A DNA stretch of 64,000 nt from NCBI GenBank assembly GCA_030390025.1, contig CM059432.1, positions 4,340,001 through 4,404,000 on the forward strand, given 5' to 3'. Source of the stretch: Squalus acanthias (taxonomy: Eukaryota). A program made the position numbers and the translations under genes. A model generated the notes under the pieces. It saw nothing but the letters and a program-made list of their open reading frames with translations, ran no database searches and was not told where the DNA came from. Below, in pieces: positions 61,288-64,000 of this stretch (its first letter is position 1; the number at the start of each line of letters is the position of its first letter).

Positions 61288-61740
61288 AAGAAAGAAAAAA
61301 AGAAAGAAAGAAAGCACTTACATTTCTACAGCGCCTTTCATGAACTCAGGATGTCCCAAACCACTTTACAGCCAACGAAGTTCTTCTTTCGGATGAGACG
61401 TTAAACCGAGGCCCCCTCTGCTCTCTCAGGTGGACACAAAAGATCCCGTGGGCACTATTTTGAAGACGAGCAGGGAGTTATCCTCGGTGTCCTGGGGCCA
61501 ATATGTATCCCTCAATCAACATCACTAAAAACAGATTATCTGGTCATTATCACATTGCGGTTTGTGGGAGCTTGCTGTGCGCAAAATGGCTGCCGCGTTT
61601 CCTACATTACAACAGTGACCACACTTCAAAAAGTACTTCATTGGCTGTAAAGCGTTTTGGGACGTCCGGTGGTCGTGAAAGGCGCTATAGAAATGCAAGT
61701 CTGTCTTTTTACCTTTGAAGTGTAGTCACTCTTGTAATGC
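61288..61740. mobile_element. DeuSINE tail (-) interrupted by a truncated DeuSINE (+, ~61385-61710)
   Basis: Deu core on +. The minus tail resumes at tttgaagtgtagtcact (~61714). Confidence 0.8.
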
Positions 61741-62444
61741 CAGAAACAGTACTGTAAATAGTGAGAATGTTCTGGGTCGGAATTGTTCTGGTCACTACGT
61801 GTAGCAACAATGTAAATGTATTCAAAATGAATTTGTTCCACAATTTTCCTACAAATAACGAGCAGAAAAGGATCTTTCCAAGAAATATTAGAAAGAGAAA
61901 TCATGTGACTCCTCCCTTCGTCCCCTTCTACTCCTCTGGGGAAGCAGCTTGCCTTCAGGATAGAGCGACGAGGGCAATTCTAAGATTTAAAATTCTTCAG
62001 AGGCCAAGCACACAAAACGGAACTTCTTTTTAATTGGATTAAAGAAGATTAAAGGGGGAACAGTGTGCAGGTCTTCAAAGTGCCGAAAGGCATAGATATT
62101 GTAAGTAGATTGTTTAACTTGGACTGTGATTGCAGGGCTGCAGAACACAAGGGCAAAATTAACAAGCTTCAAACGAGACAAGAGATTAGAAGAAAGTACG
62201 TTTGTGTTGTTAGAGGCTCGAAAAGGAAGTTATGTATCTTGATGAGCAGCTTTTAAAAGGCGGGGTGACGCACAGCTCCTTCAGAATGAATTGTAGATTA
62301 TGGAGATAAGTGTCAGAGGTGATCAAATAGTTAGAATGTAACAGAATCCAAAGCAAGAAAAGACTATTCATTACAGGAAGACCACTCCATCCAGAGACCA
62401 TGTACGATTAGAAGGACATGTTGATGGGGCTAGATGAAGAAGAG

Positions 62445-62800
62445 CAACAACAACTTGTATTTATACAGCGCCGTTAACGTAGTTAAACGTCCCAAGGTGT
62501 TTCACAGGAGCGATTATCAGACAAAATTTGACACCGAGCCACATAAGGAGATATTAGGACAGGTGACCAAAAGCTTGGTCAAAGAGGTCGGTTTTAAGGA
62601 GCGTTTAAAGGAGGAGAGAGCGGTAACGAGGCGGAGAGGTTTAGGGAGGGAATTCCAGAGCTCGGGGCCCAGGCAGCTGAAGGCACGGCTGCCAATGGTG
62701 GAGCGATTGAAATCGGGGGATGCCCAAGAGGACAGAATGAAGAGGAGCGCTGATATCTCGGGGGGTTGTGGGGCTGGAGGAGATTACAGAGATAGGGAGG
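62445..62800 (-). mobile_element. L2 3' fragment within a CR1 3'UTR
   Basis: (CAA)n tail and L2 UTR. Confidence 0.85.
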
Positions 62801-63379
62801 GAGGAGGCTCATGCGGAGCATAAACACCGGCACCGACCTGTTGGAGGTGAACGGCCTGTTTTCTGCGCTGTAGATACCTTGTGATACTTTGATTATTTGG
62901 TTCGTGGAATTCTGTGGTTCCAGTCCAGTTGAGTTCACGAAAAAGCCATCTGTGCGATGCGATCGTTTGACGTTGAATAATGCAAGTTGTGATGTGAGAT
63001 TAATAGCTGAGAGTTTTGCTAGGTAGGTCAGGGAGAAATGTCACCGAGGTGGGGGTGGGGGTTTATCTTTATGTAAAACGTCCCAAGGTGGTTACTGACT
63101 ATATGATGATGTGAATGACACAAGGCCCTGTTGGAAGGAATGGACTTGATGGACCAAATAGCTGTTCTTTTCCCCCTTGTTTCCCATAATATTTTCATGA
63201 GAAAAACCTCAGACCCCATACACAGGACCCCGATTGGCATTTTAGGCCATAACCGGCCATGCACTCTGCACCCAGTCTCGCCGGCGATGCTCCCAAGGAG
63301 GCCTCGTAAAGGTAAGTTCGAAATGGTTTTCGCGGAACCAGGAGGGAGCGTAACCGGTCTTCTGTCCCTCGCAACATTA

Positions 63380-64000
63380 CTACAACAACAACAACAACAA
63401 CAACAACTTGTATTTAGATAGCGCCTTTAACGTGGTAAAACGTCCCAAGACGCTGCACAGGAGTATTTTAAGACAGAAAAATTTGACACCGATCCACATA
63501 AGGAGAAATTAGGACAGGTGACCAAAAGCTTGGTCAAAGAGGTAGGTTTTAAGGAGCGTCTTAAAGGAGGAAAGAGAGGTAGCGAGGCGGAGAGGTTTAG
63601 GCAGGGAGTTCCAGGGCTTAGGGCCCAGGCAACAGAAGGCACGGCCACCAAAGGTTGAGCGATTATAATCAGGGATGCTCAAGAGGGCAGAATTGGAGGA
63701 GCGCAGATATCTCGGGGGGGTTGTGGGGCTGAAGGAGATTACAGAGATAGGGAGGGGGGCGAGGTCATGGTGGGATTTGAAAACAAGGATGAGAATTTTG
63801 AAATCGAGGCATTGCTTAACCGGGAGCCAATGTAGGTCAGCGAGCACAGGGGTGATGGGCGAATGGGACTTGGTGCGAGTTAGGACACAGGCAGCTGAGT
63901 TTTGGATAACCTCAAGTTTACGTAGGGTGGAGTGTGGGAGGCCAGCCAGGAGTGCGTTGGAATAGTCAAGTCTAGAGGTAACAAAGGCATGGATGAGGGT
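63380..64000 (-). mobile_element. L2 3' part running off the window end
   Basis: ORF 63509-63847 reads LADLHWLPVKQCLDFKIL...WNSLP, with a (CAA)n tail. Confidence 0.92.

Overview
This is repeat-dense vertebrate DNA, most likely from a cartilaginous fish (shark). The evidence is the mix of SacSINE1-like DeuSINEs, CR1, L2, RTE, Penelope and PIF/Harbinger elements. I see no recognisable intact host protein-coding gene, and nearly all ORFs in the track are transposon fragments or their antisense shadows. Main features: (1) a full-length but decayed ~4.0 kb Harbinger transposon (27240-31219) with a DDE transposase on + and a three-exon Myb/SANT partner gene on -; (2) about ten non-autonomous Harbinger-type MITEs whose insertion sites suggest a palindromic target consensus (about GA[G/C]TC-NNN-GA[G/C]TC) that matches the CR1 3' tail repeat; (3) Penelope fragments carrying minimal hammerhead ribozyme motifs, including two palindromic mini-elements with 15-17 bp TSDs; (4) a young 5'-truncated RTE with one premature stop; (5) a solo LTR nested in a CR1 and itself hit by a MITE; (6) a histone H2B pseudogene. 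Family names come from recognising motifs by eye, not from a database search. Boundaries without a TSD or TIR are approximate.
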